Under the pieces are notes generated by a model, which was not told where the DNA came from, searched no databases, and worked only from the letters and a program-made list of their open reading frames with translations. Source: a virus (Duplodnaviria > Caudoviricetes). Taken from it: DNA of 64,000 nucleotides. Of the stretch, positions 34,152 to 44,848 are shown piece after piece. The translations under genes were made by a program, and so were the position numbers. Position 1 is the stretch's first letter; every line of letters starts with the position of its first letter. The stretch spans positions 67,490-131,489 of IMG/VR virus record IMGVR_UViG_3300001598_000001. One strand, 5' to 3'.

Positions 34152-35411
34152 ATGGCAAACAAAAACATTCAATTGAAAAACAGAAATGGAGATTTATTAT
34201 TCCCTCGAACCAGAGTTGGATTATTAGTTAATGATTCTGGTGTAGCTGTAGACGTTGCTCTTCAGAGTGATCTCCCTGAAAAAGTTAGTGATTTAGTAAA
34301 TGATGCTGGATATATTACAGTTGATGTCAGCACTTTAGCTAATTACTACTTAAAAAGCGAAACCTACACACAAACAGAAGTTAACAATTTAATCGCAGCT
34401 GTAAAACAATTTGCTTATGAAATTGTTACTAGTGACCCAGAAAAATGGGATCAAGAAGAAGCTGCAAAACACCTAAATAAAATTATTCTTTATAAACCAT
34501 CTGGTAAGAGCTACTACATTGAATATGTTGTAATTAACACAGGTTCAGAAGCAGATCCAGTTTATAAAGTTGAAAAATTAGGTGATACAGATATTAAATT
34601 AGAAAACTATTATACTAAATCTGAAATTGATGGTAAAGTTTCTGAATTAAACACTGCTATCGCTGGTAAAGTTGCTCAATCTGCATATGACACTAAGATT
34701 GCTGACATCGAAAGTGACATTGCTGACAAAGTAGATCAAGATGAATACGATGGTAAAATTAGTGAACTTGAAACTGCTATTGACGGTAAAGTTGATAAAG
34801 TTACTGGAAAAGGATTATCAACTGAAGATTACACAACAGCTGAAAAAACAAAATTAGGTGGAATTGAAGCTGGTGCTGAAGTTAATGTCATTGAAATCAT
34901 TAAATTAAATGGTCATGATTTATCAGTTGATAGTGCAAAGAGAGTTGATTTAGGTACTATTGCTACTAGCGAAGAATTGACTACTTTAGCAGGAAGAGTA
35001 AGTGCTCTTGAAACTAAAGTTGGCAATGACACAGTTGCAAACCAAATCGACAGTAAGATTGCTGCTCTTAATTTAGCAAATACTTATTATGGTAAATCAG
35101 CTGGTGAAGCCAATGCTACTGCTATTACTGGTTTACAAGGTAGAATGACTACAGCTGAAAATGCTATTGATGCTTTAGAGTTATTAGTTGGTGACACTTC
35201 AGTCTCATCTCAAATTGATGCTAAGATTACTGCTCTTAACTTACCAAATACTTATTATTCTAAGACTGCTGGTGAAGCTAATGCTGCAGCTATTGCTGGT
35301 ATCAAAAATGGTACTACAATCAATAACTTCGGTGGAGTTGAAAGTGCTCTTGCTGACATTGAAAGTGAAATCGAAGCTTTACCATTCGTTACTTACGAAG
35401 AAATTGCTTAA
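34152..35411 (+). CDS. Coiled-coil tail/head fibre protein, 419 aa
   Basis: KVDKVTGKGLSTEDYTTAEKTKLGGIEAGAEVN fibre motif, YYxKSE repeats, internal duplicated QIDxKIxALNLxNTYY. Confidence 0.8.
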   Translation: MANKNIQLKNRNGDLLFPRTRVGLLVNDSGVAVDVALQSDLPEKVSDLVNDAGYITVDVSTLANYYLKSETYTQTEVNNLIAAVKQFAYEIVTSDPEKWDQEEAAKHLNKIILYKPSGKSYYIEYVVINTGSEADPVYKVEKLGDTDIKLENYYTKSEIDGKVSELNTAIAGKVAQSAYDTKIADIESDIADKVDQDEYDGKISELETAIDGKVDKVTGKGLSTEDYTTAEKTKLGGIEAGAEVNVIEIIKLNGHDLSVDSAKRVDLGTIATSEELTTLAGRVSALETKVGNDTVANQIDSKIAALNLANTYYGKSAGEANATAITGLQGRMTTAENAIDALELLVGDTSVSSQIDAKITALNLPNTYYSKTAGEANAAAIAGIKNGTTINNFGGVESALADIESEIEALPFVTYEEIA

Positions 35412-35436
35412 TTAAATAAAAGTAAAGTTTTATTGG

Positions 35437-35462
35437 GATAGGGGAGAAATCCCCTATCTTTT
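35437..35462 (+). terminator. Intrinsic terminator
   Basis: GATAGGGGA-gaaa-TCCCCTATC then TTTT. Confidence 0.7.
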
Positions 35463-35489
35463 GAAAAAATAAAGGAGGATTATATAATT

Positions 35490-36713
35490 ATGGCAAATTA
35501 TTATGAATCAAAACACACAGGAAATCAAATTGATAGAGGAATATATAAAACCAAATTTATGGGTTACTTTATTGATCAACAAATGTATAATCCTACTGAA
35601 CTAGGAAATAAACCTGCCACAACACAAGAAAAACAATTATGTTTGATGACTCTCGTTAACGGTGCCGTTTATCAAGACTTAAGTACAGGTAGTTTTTATA
35701 CATGCAAAAATAACACTTTAGTTAAAGTCTCTACGGTTAGTAATTACTCTGTTACTGGTAGTGCTGATGATGGAACTGAAGCTTTTAATTCAGACGATAA
35801 CGAGATTGATTGAACTAAAACCACAATTACTTTAAGTGATGGTACAAGTGTTAATACTAAAAATTTAGTAATTGGTGACAATTTTTTTGTTGATATAACA
35901 GATAAACCTGATAGATGAGTTAGTGCAATATATAGAAAATCTGGAGGAGCTATTTCATCGATTACATTTTCAAAATTAGAAACTCAAAAAATTGATTTAA
36001 ATAATGTAGCATATGTAAACGAAAATAGTGTTAACAGATTTGTAAGTACTAATTCATTTGCTGGACCTGTTGGAAATCAACAAACTCAAGCTGGTGTTTA
36101 TTTAGGAGTGGATGGTAATCCATTACCTGGACCAAATGCTCATATATCAATAATTAGTGATAATAATGCAAGTTATATTGACTTTGGTAAACCTAATAAT
36201 GATTATAGTTTTAGAATTATTAAATGAGACGATTCTTCTAATACTAACGCCCAGTTTGTTTATGACGAGGGGAATACTCTCACTTTACCACGTAAAACGG
36301 GTATTTTAGCAGTAACAACTGATATTCCAGATATTACTGGTAAAGTTAATAAAACTGGTGATACTATGACTGGTTCTTTAACTATTGGAACAGGAACACC
36401 TTTACAATTTACAGGTGTTGGCAGTGGAACATATAATAAAGCAGCTTTTGTCTGTAATATAAACGATGGTATTGGGTTTGAAGCACCAATGACTACTGAT
36501 AGTGTATCAGGAACCAAATTACCAATTACTTTCTCTTGAAGAGGTGGCAGTGCCACTATGGGGGGTTTTAAAGTTATTGATACAGGATGCTATGAAAAAA
36601 TTGGTAGTAATAATTGGAGAAAACTTACTGCTGTTACCAACAATGGTACGAATGTTGGCAACTTAAATTTACAATTAGAAAATGGTGTTTTAAAAATTAC
36701 CACAAATTCTTAA
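35490..36713 (+). CDS. Tail fibre protein, 407 aa (TGA=Trp)
   Basis: Frame continues through TGAs to TAA 36711-36713; LTLPRKTGILAVTTDI and KVNKTGDTMTGSL fibre motifs. Confidence 0.75.
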
Positions 36714-36775
36714 TATATGATAATAATAAATAAAAATATTTTTTTATTGGTTAAAACAAGGAGGTAGTATGTATT

Positions 36776-38029
36776 ATGGCACAAATTAATCAATATATTA
36801 ATTTTTCGAGTGGCGAATCGCTACCTTTTACTTTTACAAAAGATGAAACCTGTGTTGATGTTGATACTAACATTGACAATATTATTGAACAATTAAATAA
36901 TAATTTAACTTCGCCGCGTTTTAAAATTTTAGTTTTATATCCAGACGAAACTATTAATTATGAAATACCATTAGATGATATTCAAATTGGTGGAAGTTAT
37001 AGTGAAAATTATCAAAATGGACAAAGACGTTCTTTGTCTTTTACTTTATATAACGAGTCAGGTAAATATACACCTGATATTAATACATTATGAACTGGAA
37101 CACGTTTGCGTTTAGAAATGGGTTTAAATTTAATTGATAACACTACTATATGATTTTCAAAGGGAATTTATGTTATTAATAAATTAACTCCTAATTATAC
37201 TTCTTCTGGTAAAACATTACAAATTTCTGCTTCAGATAAATTTAGTTTGTTTGAAGATTCTACAGGAAAATTAGATGTTACTTATGAAATAGAAGCTGGA
37301 TCTAATATTGAAGAAGTTATCAAAACAATTTTACTAACTGATATGGGAAATGGTTTTCCTTTGGATTCCCGACCTATTATTTATCATTCTAGTTTAAAAA
37401 ATAAAACAACACAATGTGTTATTTCTAAAAGTCCTGGAGATTCTTATGGAAGTATTTTATTAGATTTAGCGACGCAATTATCTGCAGAAATTTTTTATAA
37501 TGCTCAAGGATATTTAACTATTTTACCAATTAACGACGTTACTAATGATAGTGACAAAACATTAATTTATAATTTTAATACTTCAAAAGGAGATATTTCA
37601 CAATTAGATTTTAATTTTGATATGAATACTATTGTTAATAAAATTATTGTTATTGGTAGTAGTGCTAATGGTGGGGTTTATCGTTCTGAAGCATTAAATG
37701 ATGATATTAGTTCTCCACTGTGTTATCAACGTATTGGTTATCGTTTAGGTAATGTTATTAATGATAGTAATATTACTTCGAATGTATTAGCCGAAGAGCG
37801 TGCAAAATATGAATTGCGTCAACAATTAGTAATTAAAAGTTCAACAACTGCTAGTGTATTATTTAATCCACTACTAGAAGTTAATAATTTAATTACTATT
37901 ACTGATGAATTTTTTAATTTAAATTATGAACGTTTTTTAATTCAAAGTGTTTCTTGTAGTTTGGACTTTTCAGGAACCACCTCAATAACTTTCAGTAATT
38001 TAAGAAATTTACCTTTTGTAGTAAAATAA
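36776..38029 (+). CDS. Tail hub/baseplate-like protein, 417 aa (TGA=Trp)
   Basis: 36776-37093 and 37247-38029 share a frame; IVNKIIVIG, LAEERAKYEL, NPLLEVNNLITI hub-type motifs. Confidence 0.7.
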
Positions 38030-38041
38030 GGAGGAAAAATT

Positions 38042-38488
38042 ATGGCAAATACAATAATTGAACCAGGATTACGCGCCGACATTATGCGAAAACAAATGGA
38101 GACCAAAAATCAATTAAAGAACAAAGGCGATATTTATGTTGGAACTGGTGTGTCTGATGAAAGTACTGGAGAAGTTATTTACGCTACAGATTTTTTATCT
38201 GTAGGTTCAAACAATACAATATTACAAGCAGATAGTAATGCTACTAATGGTTTAAAATATGATTTTATTTCAGAAAACAATTTTGGTAATAATAAATTAC
38301 CTGCATCGATCATTACCGAGAGTACTACTAAAAAGTTTGTTACTCAAGATCAAATAGATAGTTGAACCGCAAAACAAGATGCTATTACAGATAGTAATAA
38401 ACTACCAGTAAATAAAATAAGCGGTTTAGGTACACAAGTTACTTATAATCTTGATGAAGACGGAACTTTAAAAATTACCACAAAATAA
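38042..38488 (+). CDS. Tail fibre-associated protein, 148 aa (TGA=Trp)
   Basis: KGDIYVGTG motif, QIDSWTAKQ, ends GTLKITTK. Confidence 0.7.
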
Positions 38489-38503
38489 TAAGGAGGGATA
38501 TAT

Positions 38504-39421
38504 ATGGCAAATAGTCACGATTTACAATTTAATGGTACTAATGTTACCAATATTTTATACAACAATTCGCAAGTTAATATTTTAAAATATGGTGCCTCTG
38601 GTCAAGAAGAAGTTCGTTGAGCAAGACCTTTTACTTATTCTACAGGAACCCTTCCAACAGGAGTTGCTAGTATTACTTGTTATAGACAAACTTCACTCTG
38701 CGGTGCTAGTACTGGAGTAGTAGCTAATGGAGCTACAATTTACTATGGAGATGGATTATATTTTACAGCTACTGCAGCTAGTGGATACAACCCTCCAACT
38801 TCAAGTTATCCAGATAGTTCACATTTATTGACCGTTAATAGTACTATTATAGGAGCAACATATATTACACCTGGACAAAAAATGAACTTTTATGCAAGTA
38901 TTACATGTGGAGCTGGATTTAATGGTAGTGCTGATGATCCAGCAGTAGTCTATCGATTGGCTGGAAGTTCAGAAATTAAAGGTATATCAACTGGAAGTGG
39001 TGCAACAACAAATATAAAAGTAACCACTGGTTCGATTGAAGTCGGAATACTAGATAAATATTGAACAGGTGACTATGTATGGATGGGAACATTGGTGACT
39101 GATAGTCAAATTACTATTGATTATTATCCAGATAAAAGCTATACAACAGAAAGCCCACGTATTAGTGTTGCACCTAAAAAGCGCGGTAGCGCTACTTTTG
39201 GTATAAGCTGAGGAAGTACAAAACGTCTTGCTAAAAATTTGACAGGTACTTTAGCTCCTGGCAGTGATCCACGTTTAGCATTCGATTCTATTGAATATGA
39301 TGGTTCTGTGGTTACGGTATATATTAGAAATACTATGACCAGTGGTAGTTATTCAATAACAGGTTCTGTAACAGTTTCTGGAACCGTCAATGAATATAAT
39401 AGTACAATTATAGAATATTAA
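38504..39421 (+). CDS. Putative receptor-binding fibre-tip protein with invertible C-terminus, 305 aa (TGA=Trp)
   Basis: AGGAGG RBS; contains site A (38818-38836) then TV...TYITPG, matched by inverted cassette at 41185. Confidence 0.75.
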
Positions 39422-39453
39422 AAAAAAGAGGATTTTTTATCCTCTTTTTTTTT
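39421..39453. terminator. Bidirectional terminator after fibre-tip gene
   Basis: A-tract-GAGGAT/ATCCTC-T-tract. Confidence 0.7.
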
Positions 39454-39454
39454 G

Positions 39455-39619
39455 TTCAATATTTTTCACCGTTCCAATACTTTTTAAGTATTTCTTCTCT
39501 TAATTCGGAAGAATACTTTTTAAACTTTTGACCTTTTTTCGCCATATAAAAACCTCCTAACGTATATTTTACGCTAAGAGGCTTTTTTATTTCTTGTGAA
39601 CTAAATTGGGTTCAGTTCA
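39455..39619 (-). mobile_element. IS3/IS150-family remnant (left end plus first ~26 codons of orfA)
   Basis: Minus strand begins TGAACTGAACCCAATTTAG; AGGAGG RBS; ATG 39545 MAKKGQKFKKYSSELREEILKKYWNG, cut off at crossover-like site B. Confidence 0.6.
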
Positions 39620-39638
39620 TATTTCCCTCTTTTTTTTA

Positions 39639-40247
39639 TTAAATGTTTATAATTTGTAAATATGTTTTTAGCGTATTTAAATGACAGTGTAAACGATTTT
39701 TAATCCAATTATTACTTCTACCGTCTTTTTTCCATTTAATAATTTTTTCAGTATATGGCTCTAATATATGATGTTTGTTTCTACTGCCCACTGGTCTACC
39801 CAATTGAATTCCTTGTGCTTTTCTTAAAGCCAACGCTTCTTTAGTTCTTTGTGAAATTAGACTACGTTCAATGTCTGCTGTTAGACTGAACGCAAATGAT
39901 ACAACTTTAGAAGAAATAGAATCATCTAATATAAAACCTTCTTTAATAGTATAAAACTGTACATGCTTTTTACTTAAGGTGTTAAAAATATTCATAATCA
40001 TATATAAGCTTCTTCCTATTCTAGAAATTTCTGTACAAATTAAAGTATCATCTTTTTTTAATTTTTTTAATAAGTCCCCTAATAAACGTTGTTCAGGATC
40101 TTTTGTGCCAGATATAGTTTCTTCAATCCACTTATCAATTGTAATATTGTGTTCTTTACAATAATTGTTAATTTCAAACCTTTGGTTTTCAACAGTTTGA
40201 CCTCCTGTAGAAACACGAATATATGCATATTTCATAAATAAAATCAT
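39639..40247 (-). CDS. Serine recombinase (DNA invertase/resolvase), ~200 aa
   Basis: YAYIRVST catalytic Ser, SRIGR, ERSLISQRTKEAL, LGRP, C-terminal HTH; start may be 40235. Confidence 0.92.
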   Translation of the reverse strand: MILFMKYAYIRVSTGGQTVENQRFEINNYCKEHNITIDKWIEETISGTKDPEQRLLGDLLKKLKKDDTLICTEISRIGRSLYMIMNIFNTLSKKHVQFYTIKEGFILDDSISSKVVSFAFSLTADIERSLISQRTKEALALRKAQGIQLGRPVGSRNKHHILEPYTEKIIKWKKDGRSNNWIKNRLHCHLNTLKTYLQIINI

Positions 40248-40276
40248 CGTCCTTTCATATATATATTCATATTAAT

Positions 40277-40305
40277 ATTATATTGGGTTTTATAAGAAAA
40301 CACAA
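40277..40305 (-). promoter_or_regulatory. Promoter for invertase
   Basis: Minus strand TTGTGT-17 nt-TATAAT with CCCAA before -10. Confidence 0.6.
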
Positions 40306-40372
40306 CTCTGACAAATATTATTCATTTTATTTCACCGTTACAGGTGCTGTAACGGTGATTTTTTTGGAATGT

Positions 40373-40401
40373 AAAAAAAAGAGGGCTTTAACCCCTCTTT
40401 T
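40373..40401. terminator. Terminator at end of inverted cassette
   Basis: A-tract-GAGGG/CCCTC-T-tract. Confidence 0.65.
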
Positions 40402-40410
40402 ATAGTATAA

Positions 40411-40695
40411 CTAAGCTTTTGGAATAGTAACACTCTTTGATTGTTTACCATCTCGTGAAAACTGTGCTCTAACAAATTCTGTGTCTACTGAAGGACCTGT
40501 TGTGCATGTCTCTCTAGTATATCATACCATTTTATCAGTTACAGTCGAATTTGCAGCAATAGTAAAACTTTCACTTCCTGAACAATAAGTTCAAGTTGAT
40601 CCTGCTTTCTTTCATTTTGTAATGTCAACCGTACACACAACATCAAATGGATTGGGATTTTGAATTGATGAGATTGTTATTGTTTTTAATGCCAT
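40411..40695 (-). CDS. Small protein in inverted cassette, 94 aa (TGA=Trp), absent from ORF track
   Basis: CAGGAGG RBS, ATG 40695 MALKTITISSIQNPNPF, three TGAs, TAG 40413-40411. Confidence 0.65.
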
Positions 40696-40710
40696 AAATA
40701 TTCCTCCTGT

Positions 40711-41185
40711 TTATATAATATCGGAACGAGTTCCACAAATTGGATCTTTAATTGTTTTAATACCTATTCCTTCAATTTTAGTAAGGTGAAAAATAGTTTC
40801 AACACCCACTATAGTCGTCGTGCCACCACCTGCTGTAACAGACACTACCAGTTCTCAATATTCACCTGTAGCTGCGTCTAACTGAGTTTGAACTAAATAT
40901 CCATCACAACTTTGTGAATATGATCTTTGAAATAATGTTCCAGGAATCTTTTTTCTTACAGATGATCCTGTCCCAATATCTCCCGTAATGTATATTTCAT
41001 TAAATTGTTCAATTGCAGGAAATTCTGTATTTAAATTGTATTTTTGTGTTGATGTTGATCCATAATCTTTAACCGTACCACTAGAATAAGCGCGATCACC
41101 TGAGAATATAATTATACTACCAGGATCACCTGGGGTAATATAACTTACACCAAGTATAGCACCTGTAACGGTCATTGGATTTGAA
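40711..41185 (-). other. Silent alternative C-terminal cassette for the 38504 fibre-tip gene
   Basis: No RBS/start; begins at site E in the same register (TVTGAILGVSYITPG vs TVNSTIIGATYITPG); open (one TGA) to TAA 40713-40711. Confidence 0.75.
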
Positions 41186-41229
41186 TATATTTTTAACAAA
41201 TGAAAAAACAACAAAAAAAATAGAAAATT

Positions 41230-41345
41230 TTGATTATCTTAAATATGCCCAATATAATACTAATATAAGGGAAAGCTCGTTCAATGAAATTCTGATTTTA
41301 TTGATTCATAATAAAATTGACAATTAAAATTTTTCCCATTATAAT
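41230..41345 (+). promoter_or_regulatory. Tandem sigma-A-type promoters for replication module
   Basis: TTGATT-17-TATAAT (41230-41258) and TTGACA-17-TATAAT (41317-41345), both with CCCA before -10. Confidence 0.75.
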
Positions 41346-41455
41346 AGTAATGTAAGTGATATCTGAAATATTAAAAGCGTACTTTATATAATATAAATAA
41401 TTTATCACTTATATAGTTTTTTATATCAAAATAATATATAGGAGGATACAAAAAA

Positions 41456-42388
41456 ATGGCACAAGAAAAAACAAGTAGACAAAATTCTGTTCATATTGTA
41501 GGTTATTTAAAAGAAAACCTATTAGAACAAATTACTAATTCACAAGGAATGAAAGTAATTAGAGGATCAATTATTATTGCTACAGATGATGTTAATAGTC
41601 ATAAAGTTCAATTTTATGTTCCTGAATTAAAGAAAGATGGAAGTGTTTCTAAAGATTATGATTCATTATATTCTTTATTACCTGAAAACACTATTAGTAT
41701 TGCAAGTTTTTTAAAGAGTACGCCTTCAGCTAATTTTGCAACTGCAGCTAATGCTTCATCTAAAGTTTGGGTTATGGCCAGATTTGATGAATATGTCACT
41801 AGACAAGGTGAAAGAGAAACTTCAGCTTTATTATTAAAAGGTTTTAAAGCAGGATTTAAAACAGTTACTGACAATGATGGTTTTACTCCACATGCAGAAT
41901 TTACCTGTGATGTTTATTTAAACAAAATTGACAAAGAAGTTAAAGATGGTTCTGAAACAGGAAGACTTCTAGTTGAAGGTATCATGCCAACATGGGATGG
42001 TTCTGTTAACAGAATTGGTTTTGTAGCACCAGCAGAAAATGGTATTGCTAATTATGTTACAACTAATTATAAAACAGGTGATACAGTTACATTAAAAGGT
42101 GACTTAATTAATGCATCTTATAGAGAAGAACATGAAGTAGATTCAGGATTCTTTGGTAGAGGTAATGAAGTTCAATATACCACTCGTTTTACTAAAGAAA
42201 GATTAATTCAAGGTGGTTCTAAAGATCCAATTCATCAAGGTAGTGCAGGATGTATTACTAGAGAAGAAATTAAAAATGGTTTAGCAGCAAGAGAATTAAA
42301 AATTACAAACAATACTCAACGCACTGTCAAACCAGCAGCACCAAAAGTCGAAACACCAATTGCAGATGTTTCCGAATTTGATTTTTAA
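41456..42388 (+). CDS. Putative ssDNA-binding protein (two OB-like folds, acidic tail), 310 aa
   Basis: NSVHIVGYL and GDTVTLKGDL OB-type strands; flexible tail ending SEFDF; heads recombination/replication genes. Confidence 0.6.
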   Translation: MAQEKTSRQNSVHIVGYLKENLLEQITNSQGMKVIRGSIIIATDDVNSHKVQFYVPELKKDGSVSKDYDSLYSLLPENTISIASFLKSTPSANFATAANASSKVWVMARFDEYVTRQGERETSALLLKGFKAGFKTVTDNDGFTPHAEFTCDVYLNKIDKEVKDGSETGRLLVEGIMPTWDGSVNRIGFVAPAENGIANYVTTNYKTGDTVTLKGDLINASYREEHEVDSGFFGRGNEVQYTTRFTKERLIQGGSKDPIHQGSAGCITREEIKNGLAARELKITNNTQRTVKPAAPKVETPIADVSEFDF

Positions 42389-42405
42389 TTTAGGAGGTAT
42401 ATTTT

Positions 42406-42759
42406 ATGGCAGAAAATCAATTAACAGTTATTAATAGTTTAGCAGAAACTGAAATTACTAGTGAACTAGTAGCTTCTCAAGATTTTAATCTTAAATATAA
42501 ATTACTTTTAGATACAATGGCAAAATTAGAAGAAATTAAAACAGAAGTCAATAAAAGAATTCAAGAAGTTTTACGTGATCAATATTTATCTTCTGGTGAA
42601 CAATCTGTTGCTAGTGAAAATTATACTTATACTTATGTTCCAGGTAGTATGAGAGAAACTTTTGATACAAAGAGTTTTAAAGTTGATCAACCTGAACTAT
42701 ATAAAAAATATGTTAAGACTAGTGAAGTTAAAGAAAGTTTAAGAGTTAATAAAAAATAA
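42406..42759 (+). CDS. Hypothetical protein, 117 aa
   Basis: FDTKSFKVDQPELYKKY resembles C-terminal part of phage YqaJ-like proteins. Confidence 0.7.
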   Translation: MAENQLTVINSLAETEITSELVASQDFNLKYKLLLDTMAKLEEIKTEVNKRIQEVLRDQYLSSGEQSVASENYTYTYVPGSMRETFDTKSFKVDQPELYKKYVKTSEVKESLRVNKK

Positions 42760-42760
42760 T

Positions 42761-43375
42761 ATGATTAAAGAAGTTACATTATTACCAAATGGTCTCGAGG
42801 TAGTTTTTTATCCCGAGACCCATCAATATTTTGTTAACGATCGCGAAGTCCCTAGTATTACTAGTTTATTAAAAAAAGTATATGGAGACACTTATGCAGG
42901 AGTTAATCCTGCAATATTAAAAGCGTCTGCAGAATATGGCAGCAGGGTTCATGATGAACTTAATAAATTAATTTCAATGAGAAAAGAAAATAATAATATA
43001 CCTTTGGTTTCAGATCTTCAAGAAGTTAATAATTATTTTACATATATAGAGGATATATACAAAATACATCCAGAGATGAATGAAAAAGTTGTCGCTTTAT
43101 ATGATGAAAATAATAACGTTGTCGCATGTGGACGTTTTGATATGTTGTGTTATGTTGGTGGTAAATTAACTTTGGTTGATTTTAAAACCACTTCTTCCAT
43201 TCATAAAAAATTGGTTACAGCTCAATTAAATCTTTATTTAAGAGCTGCTTATCAATCTAAATATATTACTTCAACAGATCTTGGATTAGGAGTTGTTCAA
43301 TTGAGTGGAATCACCGCTAAATATGTACCTATTCCAAAATTAAATGATGAATTTTGTCAACAATTCTATAAATAG
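42761..43375 (+). CDS. PD-(D/E)XK exonuclease, 204 aa
   Basis: PSITSLL, YGSRVH, GRFDML, LVDFKT, QLNLY. Confidence 0.85.
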   Translation: MIKEVTLLPNGLEVVFYPETHQYFVNDREVPSITSLLKKVYGDTYAGVNPAILKASAEYGSRVHDELNKLISMRKENNNIPLVSDLQEVNNYFTYIEDIYKIHPEMNEKVVALYDENNNVVACGRFDMLCYVGGKLTLVDFKTTSSIHKKLVTAQLNLYLRAAYQSKYITSTDLGLGVVQLSGITAKYVPIPKLNDEFCQQFYK

Positions 43376-43390
43376 GAGGTATAAACAATT

Positions 43391-44005
43391 ATGAGCAGTG
43401 AAAAACAATTTTCTGTTTATAAACATACTTTTCCAAATAACAAAGTATATATTGGTATTACCTCTCAAAATCCTCAAGATCGTTGAAAACAATATAACAA
43501 CGATCAACCTAAATTGTATAATGCGATAAAAAAATATGGGTGAGATAATGTTCAACATGAAGTTTTATTCACTAATTTAACGCAAGAAGAAGCTGCACAA
43601 CAAGAAATAAAACTCATTGAACAATATGATGCTATAAAAAATGGTTATAATAATACCAAGGGTGGTGAAGGACGACTTCGCTATACTACAGCAGAAGAAA
43701 TTGATATGCATATACTTGAACAAAAAAGAAAAAAACAAACATATCAATACGAACATCGAGATCATATTAAGCAAAAACACCACCAACGTTATTTATTGCA
43801 TAAAGAAGAAATTAGTAAACAAAATAAAGTATTGTATCAAGATAATAAAGAAAAATATCAAACTAAAAATCATGAACAATATTTAAAACATCGTAAGAAA
43901 CGTCTTCAACAACAAAAAGATTATGATCAATCTCACATTGAAGAAAAACGATTATATAATCGTCAACGTTATTATAAATTAAAAGAACAACATAAGGAGG
44001 TATAA
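43391..44005 (+). CDS. GIY-YIG homing endonuclease, 204 aa (TGA=Trp)
   Basis: SVYKHT...VYIGIT...RW, LYNAIKKYGW, E..LI, NGYNNTKGG. Confidence 0.85.
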
Positions 44006-44009
44006 TTTT

Positions 44010-44846
44010 ATGACTAGTATTAAAATTCCATTATTAACAGCTTCGGATATTGAAGTTAAAATTAAGCAAGTTACTAAAGCTGGTGCTTTAGCTTTACTTT
44101 ATAAGACAGCAAGAACTGATAGAAAATATTTAAATCAAGTTTATGGTCCTATGAATTGGACAAGTGATTATAAAGTAATTAAAGATAATCTATATTGTGG
44201 TATTGGTGTTAGAGAAGATGCTGATCATGATTTCGTTTGGAAATATGACTGTGGTATTGAATCTAGGGCTGATGACGAAGGTAATGAAAAGAAAGGTGAA
44301 GCATCTGATGCTTTCAAAAGAGCAGGTTTCCAATGGGGTATTGGTGAAGAACTTTATTCAGCACCTTTTATTTGGTTAAGTGTAGAAACTGAACAAGATA
44401 GTAGTGGTAAATGGAAATTAAAGAATGCTTTTTCTCACTATTCAGTTGGACACATTGAATATGATGAAAAAACACGTACAATTGTAGGATTAAATATTAT
44501 TAATAATAAAGGTATTGAAGTTTTTACTTATACCGATCCTGATTATACAGCTCCTACTACTAATAAGGGCGCCAAGGCCTCAAATAAGCCAGTAGAGACC
44601 AATTCTAATGCTAATAGTATAAATACTAAGACAGTAGAAAAAATGCCTCTAAAGACATTAATTGGTCAAGTCGGTAAAATGATTAAAACTATGTATGAGG
44701 CAAATGGTAATATGGATGAGTATGCTAATATTGTTGTTGATGTTACTGGAGATAAACAATTTAAATGTAACCAAGCTACTGAAGAACAATATGATTTAGT
44801 TTTAGACATTTATAATAGATTAATAGATGCTGGATATAAAAAATAA
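44010..44846 (+). CDS. Sak/Rad52-like single-strand annealing protein, 278 aa
   Basis: LNQVYGPMNW, KGEASDAFKRAGFQWGIGEELY. Confidence 0.85.
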   Translation: MTSIKIPLLTASDIEVKIKQVTKAGALALLYKTARTDRKYLNQVYGPMNWTSDYKVIKDNLYCGIGVREDADHDFVWKYDCGIESRADDEGNEKKGEASDAFKRAGFQWGIGEELYSAPFIWLSVETEQDSSGKWKLKNAFSHYSVGHIEYDEKTRTIVGLNIINNKGIEVFTYTDPDYTAPTTNKGAKASNKPVETNSNANSINTKTVEKMPLKTLIGQVGKMIKTMYEANGNMDEYANIVVDVTGDKQFKCNQATEEQYDLVLDIYNRLIDAGYKK

Positions 44847-44848
44847 TT

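Larger units (their letters stand above)
38818..41185. repeat. Five copies of TTC[AC]-N7-T[GC]ACCGTT, putative invertase crossover sites
   Basis: + strand 38818-38836, 39455-39473, 40321-40339; - strand 40351-40369, 41167-41185. Confidence 0.75.

Noticed and set aside
1954-40265. TATATATGAAA as a late promoter (near 1956, 33632 and 40254 minus)
   Set aside because: Too low-complexity to separate from chance in this AT-rich sequence without TSS data
901-41214. Mass pseudogenisation suggested by fragmented ORFs
   Set aside because: Breaks are in-frame TGA only, fragments stay in one frame, and TGA sits at conserved Trp positions
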